DNA of 64,000 nucleotides, taken from positions 44,173 through 108,172 of the forward strand of contig JAZNYK010000016.1 in NCBI GenBank assembly GCA_045594425.1, read 5' to 3'. A model generated the notes under the pieces. That model saw nothing but the letters and a program-made list of their open reading frames with translations, was not told the DNA's origin and did not search any database. Positions 48,120 to 57,557 of the stretch are shown here, one piece after another (the stretch's first letter is position 1; each line of letters starts with the position of its first letter). The DNA comes from Clostridia bacterium (GTDB lineage: Bacteria > Bacillota > Clostridia > Christensenellales > UBA1242). Both the position numbers and the translations under genes were made by a program.

Positions 48120-49244
48120 TTAGTTTTTTATCATCCAATCAGCATAAACCCCATAACCTTTTGTAGGGTCTGAAACAAACACATGAGTTATTGCTCCAAC
48201 CAACTTTCCATTTTGAATGATAGGACTTCCACTCATTCCCTGAACAATACCGCCAGTTTTTGCAAGAAGTTCTTTATCTGTCACTCTAATAAACATACTT
48301 TTATTATCTTGTGTTTGTTGAAAATAAGTTTTTACAATTTCAATCTCATACTCTTTTGGTTCCGAGCCATCGATTGTGCACCTTATTTTAGCCTTGCCAC
48401 TTTTCACTTCATCCCTGCCAGCAACTTCAATTAAATCCCTTGAAAAGTTTTCAATATATTTTTCAGAGAACGTTCCATAAACACCAAATTTATTATTGCC
48501 GTCAAGTGAGCCATAAACACTTCCATTTCTTAAAAACAATCCTTTTAGTTCACCAGGATTTCCTTTTTTGCCTTGTTTGTATCCAACAATATTACACTTG
48601 TAAATGTTTCCGCTTAAAACTGGAAGCAATGAACCCGTGTCTATATCACAAACAGGATGTCCCAAAGCACCAAATCTTAAATTATCTTTTCTTATATAAG
48701 TTAATGTTCCCACACCTGCTGCATCATCTCTTATCCACAAACCAAGTTTAAAAACATTTATTCTTCCATCAAACATCGGCATAATTGTTGTGTTATGTTC
48801 TTCACCATTTCTAACATAAGTTACATTCAACCTTAAGCCAGCATATGATTCACTATTAATCACTGTGCTGATATCTTCCGCACTATTAATCTCTATACCT
48901 TCAATTTTAGTAAGAACATCACCCTCTTTAATATCTGGTGCAGAACCATTTGAATTTGCAATAACAACAACCCCTTTGCAATTAATAGTAAATCCAAGAG
49001 GATACCCACCAAGATAAACATATGTTTTCTCTTTATTATTGTTTGACTTAACAACGTCTTTGTTAAATAGTGTCTTAACAATTTCTTTTAAACTAGGAAG
49101 GCTATATGCAGTTTCATACGAACATGAATAAACTGGGGTTGCTTTTAGTGAAATTGGATTCACAACTGAAAGCATAAAAGCCATAACGCACACAAAAAAC
49201 ACAAGACTCCTGCTTACAATTGTTTTTAGTCCAATTTTTTTCAT
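48120..49244 (-). CDS. spoIVB: SpoIVB peptidase (S55), stage IV sporulation signalling protease
   Basis: N-terminal anchor, PDZ-like segment (GDVLTKIEGIEINSAEDI), S55 catalytic region (GALGHPVCD..., GGIVQGMSGSPIIQNGKLVGAITHVF). Confidence 0.9.
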   Translation of the reverse strand: MKKIGLKTIVSRSLVFFVCVMAFMLSVVNPISLKATPVYSCSYETAYSLPSLKEIVKTLFNKDVVKSNNNKEKTYVYLGGYPLGFTINCKGVVVIANSNGSAPDIKEGDVLTKIEGIEINSAEDISTVINSESYAGLRLNVTYVRNGEEHNTTIMPMFDGRINVFKLGLWIRDDAAGVGTLTYIRKDNLRFGALGHPVCDIDTGSLLPVLSGNIYKCNIVGYKQGKKGNPGELKGLFLRNGSVYGSLDGNNKFGVYGTFSEKYIENFSRDLIEVAGRDEVKSGKAKIRCTIDGSEPKEYEIEIVKTYFQQTQDNKSMFIRVTDKELLAKTGGIVQGMSGSPIIQNGKLVGAITHVFVSDPTKGYGVYADWMIKN

Positions 49245-49317
49245 AAAAAAACCACTCCTAATATAGAGTAGTTTTTGATTTTATTTTAAATTTATACTAA
49301 CTAATAAAAAACATTTA

Positions 49318-50997
49318 TTAAAAATTCTTTCCTGCTTGAAGCATAAGTCTTGCGTGTCCAACAGAAAACTCTGAAACACTGCCACCAATTATTCTCGCAA
49401 TTTCATTAATTCTGCCTTCGTCATCAAGAAGTTTTAAAGATGTCTTTGTCTTTCCATTTTCTTCTGATTTAGAAATATAGAAATGATTGGTTCCAAAACT
49501 TGCAACCTGTGCCAAGTGTGTTACACAAACTACTTGATGAGACTTTCCAATCTTTGCAAGTTTCATAGCCAAAACATTTGCAGTGTCACCACTAATTCCC
49601 GTGTCAATTTCGTCAAAAATCATCGTGTCAACGCCATCAATATCAGCCGTGATATTTTTTACCGCAAGCATAAATCTGCTCATTTCACCACCACTTGCAA
49701 CCTTGTTTAATGGTTTTAATGGCTGCCCTGCATTTGCTGTGAACATAAATTGAATTTTATCAAAACCAGTGTCATCTGCAACATCTTCATTTGTAGCAAC
49801 AAAGTCAATCCTAAATTTTGCGCTCTTCATTGAAAGTTCTGAAAGTTCATTCTTAACTTTCAACTCAAAACTTTCAGCATATTTTTTTCTTAAACAAGTT
49901 AAAGCCCCTGCTTTTTCAATAAGTTCTGCCGCTATCTGTTCTCTTTCTTTTTCAAGTTTTTCAACAAGTTCTGCCGAATTCACAAGTTTGTCATACTCAA
50001 TTTTAATGCTTTGAAGATAAGCATTTATTTCAGCAATATTTGCACCATATTTCTTTTTTAAAGAAGTTAAAAGGTCTAATCTCTTTTCATTCTCTTGAGC
50101 GGAATATTCATCATAATATAAACCTTCTTTAATAGATTCCACGCTGTCTGCAATGTCTTCAAGTTCATAACGAACTGATGAAATTCTTGAAGCAAGTTCT
50201 TCATTCTCTGGAAGATATTTTAAAATTTCTGAAAACTCATAATCACATTTTTTTACCAAATCAACCAAGCCATATTCACTTGAACCACCACCAAAATAAG
50301 ATGAAATCCTATCAAGTGAAAGTGCGATTTTTTCTTGGTTTAAAACTTTTACTCTAAATTCTTTTAAAGTTTCCTCTTCACCAATAGCAAAATTTGCTTC
50401 TTCAATTTCATTGATTTGATATGAATAAAGGTCTAGAAGTTTTTCTCTATCTCTGCTGTCAAAATTAAAACTTGCAAGTTGTTTTTTGATAGATTTTAAT
50501 TTATAATACACTTCTTTATATTCATTTTTTGCTTTAGCAATTTCAACCCCACCAAAAGCGTCTAGTGTTTCAAGTTGATTTGTTTCTTTTAAAAGTTCTT
50601 GATGTTGAAATTGTCCATGCAAATCCATAAGTGGAGATGTTATGCTTTTTAACATAGAAAGAGTAAAAGATTTTCCGTTAACCCTGCACTCATTTCTTCC
50701 ATCATGTGAAAGTTTGCGATATATAATTATTGTGTTTTCACGTTCAAGCCCAAATTCTTCTAGTCTATTCAAAACATCTTCAGAACTTGTTGTAAAAACC
50801 GCTTCAACACTAGCAAAGTCTGTTCCATAAGAAATTAAACTTTTGTCTGCTTTTTCGCCAAGCAAAAGTGCTAGTGAGTCAATAATAAGTGACTTACCAG
50901 CGCCGGTTTCACCAGTTAAAACATTGAAACCATTATTAAGTTCAATTGTCAAATTATCAATTAATGCAATATTTTTTATGGTTAGACTTTGAAGCAT
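49318..50997 (-). CDS. recN: DNA repair protein RecN
   Basis: MLQSLTIKNIALIDNLTIELNNGFNVLTGETGAGKSLIIDSL, coiled-coil middle, C-terminal SGGE signature and Walker B (MIFDEIDTGISG). Confidence 0.95.
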   Translation of the reverse strand: MLQSLTIKNIALIDNLTIELNNGFNVLTGETGAGKSLIIDSLALLLGEKADKSLISYGTDFASVEAVFTTSSEDVLNRLEEFGLERENTIIIYRKLSHDGRNECRVNGKSFTLSMLKSITSPLMDLHGQFQHQELLKETNQLETLDAFGGVEIAKAKNEYKEVYYKLKSIKKQLASFNFDSRDREKLLDLYSYQINEIEEANFAIGEEETLKEFRVKVLNQEKIALSLDRISSYFGGGSSEYGLVDLVKKCDYEFSEILKYLPENEELASRISSVRYELEDIADSVESIKEGLYYDEYSAQENEKRLDLLTSLKKKYGANIAEINAYLQSIKIEYDKLVNSAELVEKLEKEREQIAAELIEKAGALTCLRKKYAESFELKVKNELSELSMKSAKFRIDFVATNEDVADDTGFDKIQFMFTANAGQPLKPLNKVASGGEMSRFMLAVKNITADIDGVDTMIFDEIDTGISGDTANVLAMKLAKIGKSHQVVCVTHLAQVASFGTNHFYISKSEENGKTKTSLKLLDDEGRINEIARIIGGSVSEFSVGHARLMLQAGKNF

Positions 50998-51001
50998 AAT
51001 C

Positions 51002-51220
51002 TTACTCCTCGTTTACATCAAGTGGCTTTTCGACCAAACCATCAATTTCAGACTTAATAGCAACAATCTTGCCTTCTGTTTCTTTTAACATTTCAAGACA
51101 AGTTTTTGTGTGTTCAACACTTTCTTTATAAAGTTTTATTGATTCATCAAGTGTGATATTTGGATTTTCTAAATCGTCTTTTATCTTGGTTAATTTTTCA
51201 AGTGCTTCTTCAAATTTCAT
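51002..51220 (-). CDS. xseB: Exodeoxyribonuclease VII small subunit
   Basis: 72 aa, MKFEEALEKLTKIKDDLENPNITLDESIKLYKE; follows xseA. Confidence 0.92.
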   Translation of the reverse strand: MKFEEALEKLTKIKDDLENPNITLDESIKLYKESVEHTKTCLEMLKETEGKIVAIKSEIDGLVEKPLDVNEE

Positions 51221-51226
51221 AATAAC

Positions 51227-52414
51227 CTACCTTTTGTTTTCAATTTCATTAATTACTGCTGTAAATTTTCCATCCAGCAAACTAACAATAACATTGTCCC
51301 CAACTTCGCAATCAACTATGCTTGAAATTCTAGATGAGTTTTTTTCAACAATTGCATAGCCGTTTTTTAAAATCTCAAGTGGATTTAGTTTAGAAATCAC
51401 ACCAACAACTGAATTTAAAGTATTTTGTTTTTCTTTAATTGTTCCCTCAATCTTGTTTTGTATTTCCCTAACAAGTGTCAAAATTTCATTTTTTGACTCT
51501 GTGAGTTTTAGTTTTGTTTTATCTATAATAGATTCATTTAATGAAATAAGATTTTCTTTTCTGTTTTGGATAATTTTAGTTATAAAATAATAAATATTTT
51601 TGTTAATCAATTCAATATTTCTAACTTGTTCTTCATAATCAAAAACTGCAATCTCTGCTGCTACCGAAGGAGTTGGAACCCTGATATCTGCAGCAAAATC
51701 ACATAACGTAAAATCTGTTTCATGTCCAACAGCAGAAATTACTGGAATTTTTGAGGCGTAAATACCTCTAACAATCTTTTCTGTGTTAAATGGTGAAAGG
51801 TCTTCAAGCGAACCACCACCACGAGCAACAATAATCGTGTCAATGTCATCACGTGTGTTAAAATATTCAATACCTTTAACAATTTCATTTTCAGCATTAA
51901 CACCTTGAACTTTTGATGGATATAACACAATATCTGTGTATGGATTCTTTGCTTTTGTAACGTGAATAATATCTCTGATAACCGCACCTGTTTCACTGGT
52001 TACCACACCAATTCGTTTGGCAAATCTTGGAATAGGCTTTTTTATCTCTTCCCTAAACAAACCTTCTTTTTCAAGTTTTTCTTTAAGCATTAAAAACTTT
52101 TGATAAAGGTCGCCAAGTCCATATGCTTGCGCTTTGCTCACAATAAAATTAAGTCTGCCAGACTTAACATAAAAATTAACTTTTCCAAAAACAGTTATAA
52201 GGTCACCATTTTTTATTGAAAGGTCACTTGCTCCAAACTTTACGCATGAAAGCATAGCATTTTCATCTTTTAAATCAAAATATGCATGGCCGCCTGAAAC
52301 TTTAAAATTAGTAACTTCTCCAAAAACGCCAATGTTTGACAAAAATTCTTCTGCATCCAGAATATTTTTTACAAACGTATTAAATTGCAAAATAGAAAGC
52401 GTTAATGTTTTCAT
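51227..52414 (-). CDS. xseA: Exodeoxyribonuclease VII large subunit
   Basis: N-terminal OB fold (GEVTNFKVSGGHAYFDLKD), catalytic region (IGVVTSETGAVIRD, ARGGGSLEDL, VGHETD). Confidence 0.93.
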   Translation of the reverse strand: MKTLTLSILQFNTFVKNILDAEEFLSNIGVFGEVTNFKVSGGHAYFDLKDENAMLSCVKFGASDLSIKNGDLITVFGKVNFYVKSGRLNFIVSKAQAYGLGDLYQKFLMLKEKLEKEGLFREEIKKPIPRFAKRIGVVTSETGAVIRDIIHVTKAKNPYTDIVLYPSKVQGVNAENEIVKGIEYFNTRDDIDTIIVARGGGSLEDLSPFNTEKIVRGIYASKIPVISAVGHETDFTLCDFAADIRVPTPSVAAEIAVFDYEEQVRNIELINKNIYYFITKIIQNRKENLISLNESIIDKTKLKLTESKNEILTLVREIQNKIEGTIKEKQNTLNSVVGVISKLNPLEILKNGYAIVEKNSSRISSIVDCEVGDNVIVSLLDGKFTAVINEIENKR

Positions 52415-52417
52415 GAC

Positions 52418-52804
52418 CTACCTCGCAAATTTAGCAAGAACTCCATTGATGTATTTTGCACTTTTTTCTGTTGAATATTTTTTAGCCAAGTTTAATGCTT
52501 CATCAACACTAACTTTATATGGCACTGATTCAACATAGGTTATTTCATAAACCGCAAGCAAAAGGATTGCAAGGTCAACTTTAAAAAGTCTGTCGATTGC
52601 AAATTTTTCAATATGCTCTGAAATTTTTGAAACAAGTTCTTCATAATGGCTTGTTACGCCATAATAAACTTCTTTAATGTAAGCAACATCATCCGCTTCC
52701 ATATCAACTGTGTAAACTTCAAGTTCTTCATTGTTTTCACGTTCATTGAATGTATATTCAAACACAAGTTTAAATGCAACGTCTCTTGCATCACGTCTAC
52801 TCAT
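52418..52804 (-). CDS. nusB: Transcription antitermination factor NusB
   Basis: MSRRDARDVAFKLVFEY..., 128 aa, C-terminal YINGVLAKFAR. Confidence 0.92.
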   Translation of the reverse strand: MSRRDARDVAFKLVFEYTFNERENNEELEVYTVDMEADDVAYIKEVYYGVTSHYEELVSKISEHIEKFAIDRLFKVDLAILLLAVYEITYVESVPYKVSVDEALNLAKKYSTEKSAKYINGVLAKFAR

Positions 52805-52816
52805 AATACCCTTCCC

Positions 52817-53986
52817 TTATGCTTGAAAATCAAAACCTTGACTTTCAAGTGTTTTATATTTTTCACTATTTGGTTTTGCATTTTGATGTTTTGATTGTTG
52901 CTGGTTTTCAAGTGAATCTTTTGTTTCTAAACCATCTTCTTCAGCAATCACTCTTTCATTCAAAACCTTATCTGCATCAAAATCTTTCTCGTTTGATGCT
53001 TCATCCAAACTGGTTGCAACAGACAAACTATCGGCAATCGATAATTCAACATTGTCATCAATAGAATAATCTTGGATACTTGCAAAAAAATCTTGCAAAC
53101 TAGTTGGATATTTAAATTTTGTTTCTTCTTTAATCTCTTCTGGTTCTTCTTTCTTTTCTTCAACCACTTCAACTGGTGGAGGTGGAGGCGCTGGCATATG
53201 ATGAGGGGTTGCCTTTGGTATTGATTTTTCCACCCTAACAGAAGATTCGTCATAGTCATCACTTTTGTGTTCAAACTTAACACTAGTAACAACTGGAAAT
53301 TCAGGTCCGGCTGCATTTGCCGCCATGATTTGATTTAAAGCATCAATATACTCTCTTTCATAGTCATATTCACTTTCCTGCTCATGGTATGCTTTGTAAA
53401 TTCTATCTTTTTTTAAAATACCTTTATGAACAGTTGAACGTCTTGTTTTTGCCATCATAAACATCAAGAAAAAGTGTGAAAACAAATCAAGAAGTAATTG
53501 TTTTTTCATTCGTCTGTAAAATTTTGTGTAGTCATAAAACGAATCTAAAAACTCTTGAGCCCTTCCACCAGTAACTTGGTCAATCAAATCCAAAAACTTT
53601 GCAGCATCTGCTTCGTTTCCCATTAAAATTGCTCTTTTATAATTTGCCTTTAATTGTTCGAGAATAGAAAGTTCATCTTTAACTTTGTGACCTTTAAATA
53701 AAAAGGTTGTTTGTTCGCCAGTGTAATTACCAATCTTTTTTGCTCTGTTTTTTATTGCAAAAATAATAGGTCTTTCATTAACACCGTCAATAGTTTGAGG
53801 AGGCACACCTAAAATTTCATAAGGTGTAATTTTCCTGCTTCCAGTTGAAGTTGTTTCAGGCTTTGCATCCAAAACTCGGTAAAGGTCCAAAACCTCACCG
53901 TTACTTATCACCCCTTCCTCAGAAAAACCTAAAGCATCATAATACTCTAACGCCTTCATCAATTGTTCTTTGGTAAAACCTTCCAT
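52817..53986 (-). CDS. Hypothetical protein (389 aa) with one central hydrophobic segment, a poly-Pro run and an acidic C-terminal half
   Basis: ATG with AAGGA SD. Contains ITPYEILGVPPQ (J-domain-like helix but no HPD), LLLDLFSHFFLMFMMA, HHMPAPPPPPVEVVEEKKEEPEE. No family recognised. Confidence 0.7.
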   Translation of the reverse strand: MEGFTKEQLMKALEYYDALGFSEEGVISNGEVLDLYRVLDAKPETTSTGSRKITPYEILGVPPQTIDGVNERPIIFAIKNRAKKIGNYTGEQTTFLFKGHKVKDELSILEQLKANYKRAILMGNEADAAKFLDLIDQVTGGRAQEFLDSFYDYTKFYRRMKKQLLLDLFSHFFLMFMMAKTRRSTVHKGILKKDRIYKAYHEQESEYDYEREYIDALNQIMAANAAGPEFPVVTSVKFEHKSDDYDESSVRVEKSIPKATPHHMPAPPPPPVEVVEEKKEEPEEIKEETKFKYPTSLQDFFASIQDYSIDDNVELSIADSLSVATSLDEASNEKDFDADKVLNERVIAEEDGLETKDSLENQQQSKHQNAKPNSEKYKTLESQGFDFQA

Positions 53987-54008
53987 TCAAAAACATCCTT
54001 ATAAAAAA

Positions 54009-54401
54009 TTAACTAATAAAATCACTATCAGTGTCACTGAATGTAACGCCAACAACATGAACATTTACTGTGCTAACTTTAAATTCAGTCATAGATTCAA
54101 CACTTGACTTGATGTTTTCTTGAACTCTGAAAGCAACATCTTTAACGGAATAGCCAAACTTAACATTAACAAAAACATCGATAGAAGCAGAATTATTATC
54201 AAAATCTACAATAATGCCACGATTAATATTTTTGCTCAATGCGCTTCTGATTGCAGACACAGAACTTCTGCTTATTGAAGCCACACCATTAATTTCTTGA
54301 GTTGCAAGAGAAACGATGCTAATTACCACATTCTTTTTATAGGTTACATTATCTTTTAATTCATCCTCTTCAGCAACAACAATTTTAACACGCTTTGCCA
54401 T
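54009..54401 (-). CDS. Asp23/Gls24 family envelope stress protein (YqhY-like)
   Basis: 130 aa; VVISIVSLATQEINGVASI...IIVDFDNNSASIDVFVNVKFGYSVKDVAFRVQENIKSSVESMTEFKVSTVNVHVVGV is a typical Asp23 pattern. Lies at the Bacillus yqhY position upstream of nusB. Confidence 0.88.
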   Translation of the reverse strand: MAKRVKIVVAEEDELKDNVTYKKNVVISIVSLATQEINGVASISRSSVSAIRSALSKNINRGIIVDFDNNSASIDVFVNVKFGYSVKDVAFRVQENIKSSVESMTEFKVSTVNVHVVGVTFSDTDSDFIS

Positions 54402-54481
54402 ACATAATCCCCCAAATTAAAACTATTTAGATTATAACACAAACTTTTTAGTAAATCAATTTATATTTATAAATTGTTATA

Positions 54482-54512
54482 AAACAAAAAGTGAAGCAAA
54501 AACATGCTTCAC
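54482..54512 (-). terminator. Rho-independent terminator ending the spoIIIA operon
   Basis: Minus strand GTGAAGCA-tgttttt-TGCTTCAC followed by TTTTTGTTTT. Confidence 0.8.
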
Positions 54513-54527
54513 CTTTGATTAAAATAT

Positions 54528-54995
54528 TTAAACAGCAGAAATTTTTACATTTGTTGCAGACACGCCAGTTTCTTTAACAAGCAAACTTAAAATTTGGGCA
54601 GCATCGTCTGATGTGAAGTTATCTGATTTAACCATAACTGTATATGCTCCATCAGAATTTGTAACAACAGCATCTTCATAACCAGAAGCCATGATAATAC
54701 CTTCTAAAACGGTTTCTTTTTCCATACGGCTAGCAAGTTCTGAAATCAAAGCATTTGTTTCAGTGATTTGTTCATTATCACTTGATGTTGCAATGATTGA
54801 ATCATAAAGTTCAAGCATAGAATTTCTGGTTTCAAGTTTACTGGCTCTATAACTTGTGAGCAAACTTGCAGATGTGTAGTTTGTTGTTTGCAAATCTTCA
54901 TTGTCTTTTGTTAAAAACAAATTTAAACAACCAGTCACAACCAAAAGAGCAACCATTCCAAACAAAATAAATAATTTTTTCTTTTTTGATAACAT
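54528..54995 (-). CDS. spoIIIAH: Stage III sporulation protein AH
   Basis: MLSKKKKLFILFGMVALLVVTGC anchor; C-terminal ...GIIMASGYEDAVVTNSDGAYTVMVKSDNFTSDDAAQILSLLVKE matches the B. subtilis AH C-terminus (GYEDALVNAEGDKINITVKSD). GGGAGG SD before ATG 54995. Confidence 0.88.
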   Translation of the reverse strand: MLSKKKKLFILFGMVALLVVTGCLNLFLTKDNEDLQTTNYTSASLLTSYRASKLETRNSMLELYDSIIATSSDNEQITETNALISELASRMEKETVLEGIIMASGYEDAVVTNSDGAYTVMVKSDNFTSDDAAQILSLLVKETGVSATNVKISAV

Positions 54996-55039
54996 TTTGT
55001 TTACCTCCCTAAAATACAAAATCTTCATAATCTTCTCCT

Positions 55040-55591
55040 TTACCTGTCCTGTAAAATACTTATGCATGATTCATCTATGTTTAGAACAACACTTAATGCA
55101 GTTACTATTGAAACTTTTGTCGAAGAATCAACCTTATTCAAAAATATAAGAACTCCAGAAATTTTTGGCAGTGTTGTTGAAAGTTCAATTGCTGTGCTAG
55201 CAGAACCCTCCTTTTCAAAAACAACCGTTTCTTTTTTTGTTTCTATCGTCTCTTTGTCAGAACTGGTTTTCGACTCTTCCTTTTCGATTAGATAATTTTT
55301 TTTAGGTGTAGAATCCACCATAACAAAAGCCTCAACTTCATTAACAGCAGACATTGAAAGTAAAATATTTTCTATCTTGTTTTCAATCAAACCAGCATAA
55401 TCGTCAACGGATGAATTTAAATAGTTGTTTTGTGTCTTTGCTTTTGTTTTTGACCCACTAAAAACCGAATATCCAATCACACAAAAAACCAATACAAAAA
55501 CCATCAAAATAGCAAAAAATAATTTTTTGTTTGAACTATATAATTTTATAAAAAACTGCTTAATTTTTGATAAAATTTCAATATTTTTCAT
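55040..55591 (-). CDS. spoIIIAG: Stage III sporulation protein AG
   Basis: 183 aa, N-terminal TM then a beta-rich domain (PKISGVLIFLNKVDSSTKVSIVTALSVVLNIDESCISI). Position between AF and AH. Confidence 0.8.
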   Translation of the reverse strand: MKNIEILSKIKQFFIKLYSSNKKLFFAILMVFVLVFCVIGYSVFSGSKTKAKTQNNYLNSSVDDYAGLIENKIENILLSMSAVNEVEAFVMVDSTPKKNYLIEKEESKTSSDKETIETKKETVVFEKEGSASTAIELSTTLPKISGVLIFLNKVDSSTKVSIVTALSVVLNIDESCISILQDR

Positions 55592-55625
55592 ATTTTACCC
55601 CGTTTTTAACAACATTTTGCGATTT

Positions 55626-55784
55626 TTACCAAAATAACACACTAAAATATTCACACAAAGCATAAAGCAAAATCAGTGAAGCGAACGACTTTATTGCAAC
55701 ACTCATTTTTTTTGCTGGAAAAACAATTTCAATTAGTTCATATATCAAATTTAAAACAATAATCACAACAACAAAATCATACAC
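55626..55784 (-). CDS. Mini SpoIIIAF-like membrane peptide (52 codons, GTG start); not in the ORF track
   Basis: My translation of the minus strand: (M)YDFVVVIIVLNLIYELIEIVFPAKKMSVAIKSFASLILLYALCEYFSVLFW*. This parallels the B. subtilis SpoIIIAF N-terminus WLTTIVLFILFAIVIDMLLPSSSMQKYAKMVVSLLLIVVMLTPIF (from memory). It fills the AE-AG gap, starts one sense codon (3 nt) after the AE stop and is in the same frame as AE. Confidence 0.55.
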   Translation of the reverse strand: MYDFVVVIIVLNLIYELIEIVFPAKKMSVAIKSFASLILLYALCEYFSVLFW

Positions 55785-55787
55785 ACC

Positions 55788-57002
55788 TTAAACCACCGAA
55801 ACCGAAACTATCATTAAATACAAAAACATAAACATAATCAAAAACACACCAATTAAAACTGCGACAAAATACCCCATACATTTTGACACATTATCAAACA
55901 TATCCGAACACACATCAGAACCAATATATGAAACAACCAATGCCAAAAACTTAAACAAAATTAAATATACAAAATATACAAGCAGTGGTTTTAAAACCAC
56001 AAACAGCAACACCACTATACCACAAAAGCCAAAAGCATTTTTTACAAGAACCGAACAAGCATGAACAAAATCAAAACCATCAGATATATACCCACCCAAT
56101 ACGGGAACATAATTTTTTATCGCATACTTTGTAAGTTTTATTCCAACCCCATCCTTTGCACTAGCAGTCATTAAATTGATTGTTGAAAATAAACCAAAAA
56201 CACCAAACATTATCATAACAACATATTTAAAAATCGTTTTAAATATGTCGATTGTTTTTGAAAAACGCTTGCTAACAAAAATTGAACCAGCCAAACTTAA
56301 CAATAGCAATGATACTGATAATGGCAATAACACATAAACAAAAACATATGAACCTGTGTTTAGCAAAAATGCCGACATTGAACTATACACAGAATATGTT
56401 CCAGTAGAACCAGATATTAAAATTAAATTCAAAAGTATTGGAAACAATATATTTGAAAACTTAAACACTTTTTGTATAATATCCGATAACGAACTTGCAA
56501 CATCTTTCATAGCGCCTGAAACAAAAAGAACAATAACCAATAAAAATATAACACTTACAAATTTTTTAAAATTAGCATATTTATCCACGCAAAAACTTTT
56601 AAAAACTTCACCCAAAACAACAACCGCTAAAATTGTCACAAAAAATGACAGCAACGATTTAAAGTTTTGTCTTAATAAATTTTTTAAGTAATCAAACAGT
56701 GAATCATACTCTGAAAAATATTCACCATTTAAAACTGCTATTGCCAAATCTTTAAAAGATGTTTTGTTTAAAAAATCTAAACCATAATCATAATCAATAA
56801 AATCATCTAATGCAGAAGAATCAATATTATCAAGAACATCTTTTACAGCATCATTTAACTCATCTTCAACAGATTCAGCAGTAGAATTAGCACTGGCAAT
56901 TTCAAAATTATTTACTTTAAAATTAAAAAATAAAATTATTAAGATATAAGCGAAAATAAAACAGAAAGCAATTTTTCGATAATCGGCAATGTCATTGTGC
57001 AT
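55788..57002 (-). CDS. spoIIIAE: Stage III sporulation protein AE
   Basis: 404 aa; signal/anchor, acidic segment, then about 7 TM helices. Position after AD. Overlaps the spoIIIAD 3' end by 64 nt if ATG 57002 is used. Confidence 0.85.
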   Translation of the reverse strand: MHNDIADYRKIAFCFIFAYILIILFFNFKVNNFEIASANSTAESVEDELNDAVKDVLDNIDSSALDDFIDYDYGLDFLNKTSFKDLAIAVLNGEYFSEYDSLFDYLKNLLRQNFKSLLSFFVTILAVVVLGEVFKSFCVDKYANFKKFVSVIFLLVIVLFVSGAMKDVASSLSDIIQKVFKFSNILFPILLNLILISGSTGTYSVYSSMSAFLLNTGSYVFVYVLLPLSVSLLLLSLAGSIFVSKRFSKTIDIFKTIFKYVVMIMFGVFGLFSTINLMTASAKDGVGIKLTKYAIKNYVPVLGGYISDGFDFVHACSVLVKNAFGFCGIVVLLFVVLKPLLVYFVYLILFKFLALVVSYIGSDVCSDMFDNVSKCMGYFVAVLIGVFLIMFMFLYLMIVSVSVV

Positions 57003-57322
57003 ATAACAATTTTACCTCCAAACAAAACTTTAGAAGCCATTAACCCATTGCCAAAATCTTCAGCGATATCAGCAGTAAATTCAGTTACATACCCCACACC
57101 AATAACTTTGAGAAGTGGCGTTAAAAAATCAAAACTCAAATTCGCCAAACCATAAAAAGAAACAAAATATTCAAGTATATTTTTTAATCCATCAATGCAA
57201 ATTAAAAATATAATCACACCACCACAAATATTTACAAGTGTGGAAATTTCTTGATTATATTTTTTCAACATAGATGATAAAAAAGTGCAAATTATTCCAA
57301 TAATAATTATTTTTAATATCAT
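56939..57322 (-). CDS. spoIIIAD: Stage III sporulation protein AD
   Basis: 127 aa; ...LLKVIGVGYVTEFTADIAEDFGNGLMASKVLFGGKIVICTMTLPII parallels B. subtilis ILKIIGIAYIAEFGAQLTKDAGQGAIASKIELAGKILILVMAVPIL. Confidence 0.9.
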   Translation of the reverse strand: MILKIIIIGIICTFLSSMLKKYNQEISTLVNICGGVIIFLICIDGLKNILEYFVSFYGLANLSFDFLTPLLKVIGVGYVTEFTADIAEDFGNGLMASKVLFGGKIVICTMTLPIIEKLLSVLFSLIS

Positions 57323-57353
57323 ATTTTAATGTTTTTGTTATGTTTTTGCGTTT

Positions 57354-57551
57354 TTAATAAAAATTAAACAAGTTTTGCAAATTAGAAAACAAGTCACTAA
57401 CCATTGACAAAACTATAAATAAAACCATTATTAATCCGGCCAAATTTGTTAACGTTGCAAGGTCGTTTTTGCCTTGATGCTGAAACAGTTGACTTATAAC
57501 AACAGTTAAAATGCCAATGGAAGCAATCTTAAATAAAATAGAAACATCCAT
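57354..57551 (-). CDS. spoIIIAC: Stage III sporulation protein AC
   Basis: 65 aa, two TM helices; MDVSILFKIASIGILTVVISQLFQHQGKNDLATL resembles B. subtilis AC VNVIFQIAGVGIVVAFLHTILDQMGKKEYAQ. Confidence 0.88.
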   Translation of the reverse strand: MDVSILFKIASIGILTVVISQLFQHQGKNDLATLTNLAGLIMVLFIVLSMVSDLFSNLQNLFNFY

Positions 57552-57557
57552 ATATAT

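Noticed and set aside
56939-57002. 64-nt overlap between spoIIIAD and spoIIIAE
   Set aside because: It probably reflects uncertainty about the AE start; no alternative ATG exists, but a non-ATG start is possible. There are no frameshift signatures, and both proteins look intact.
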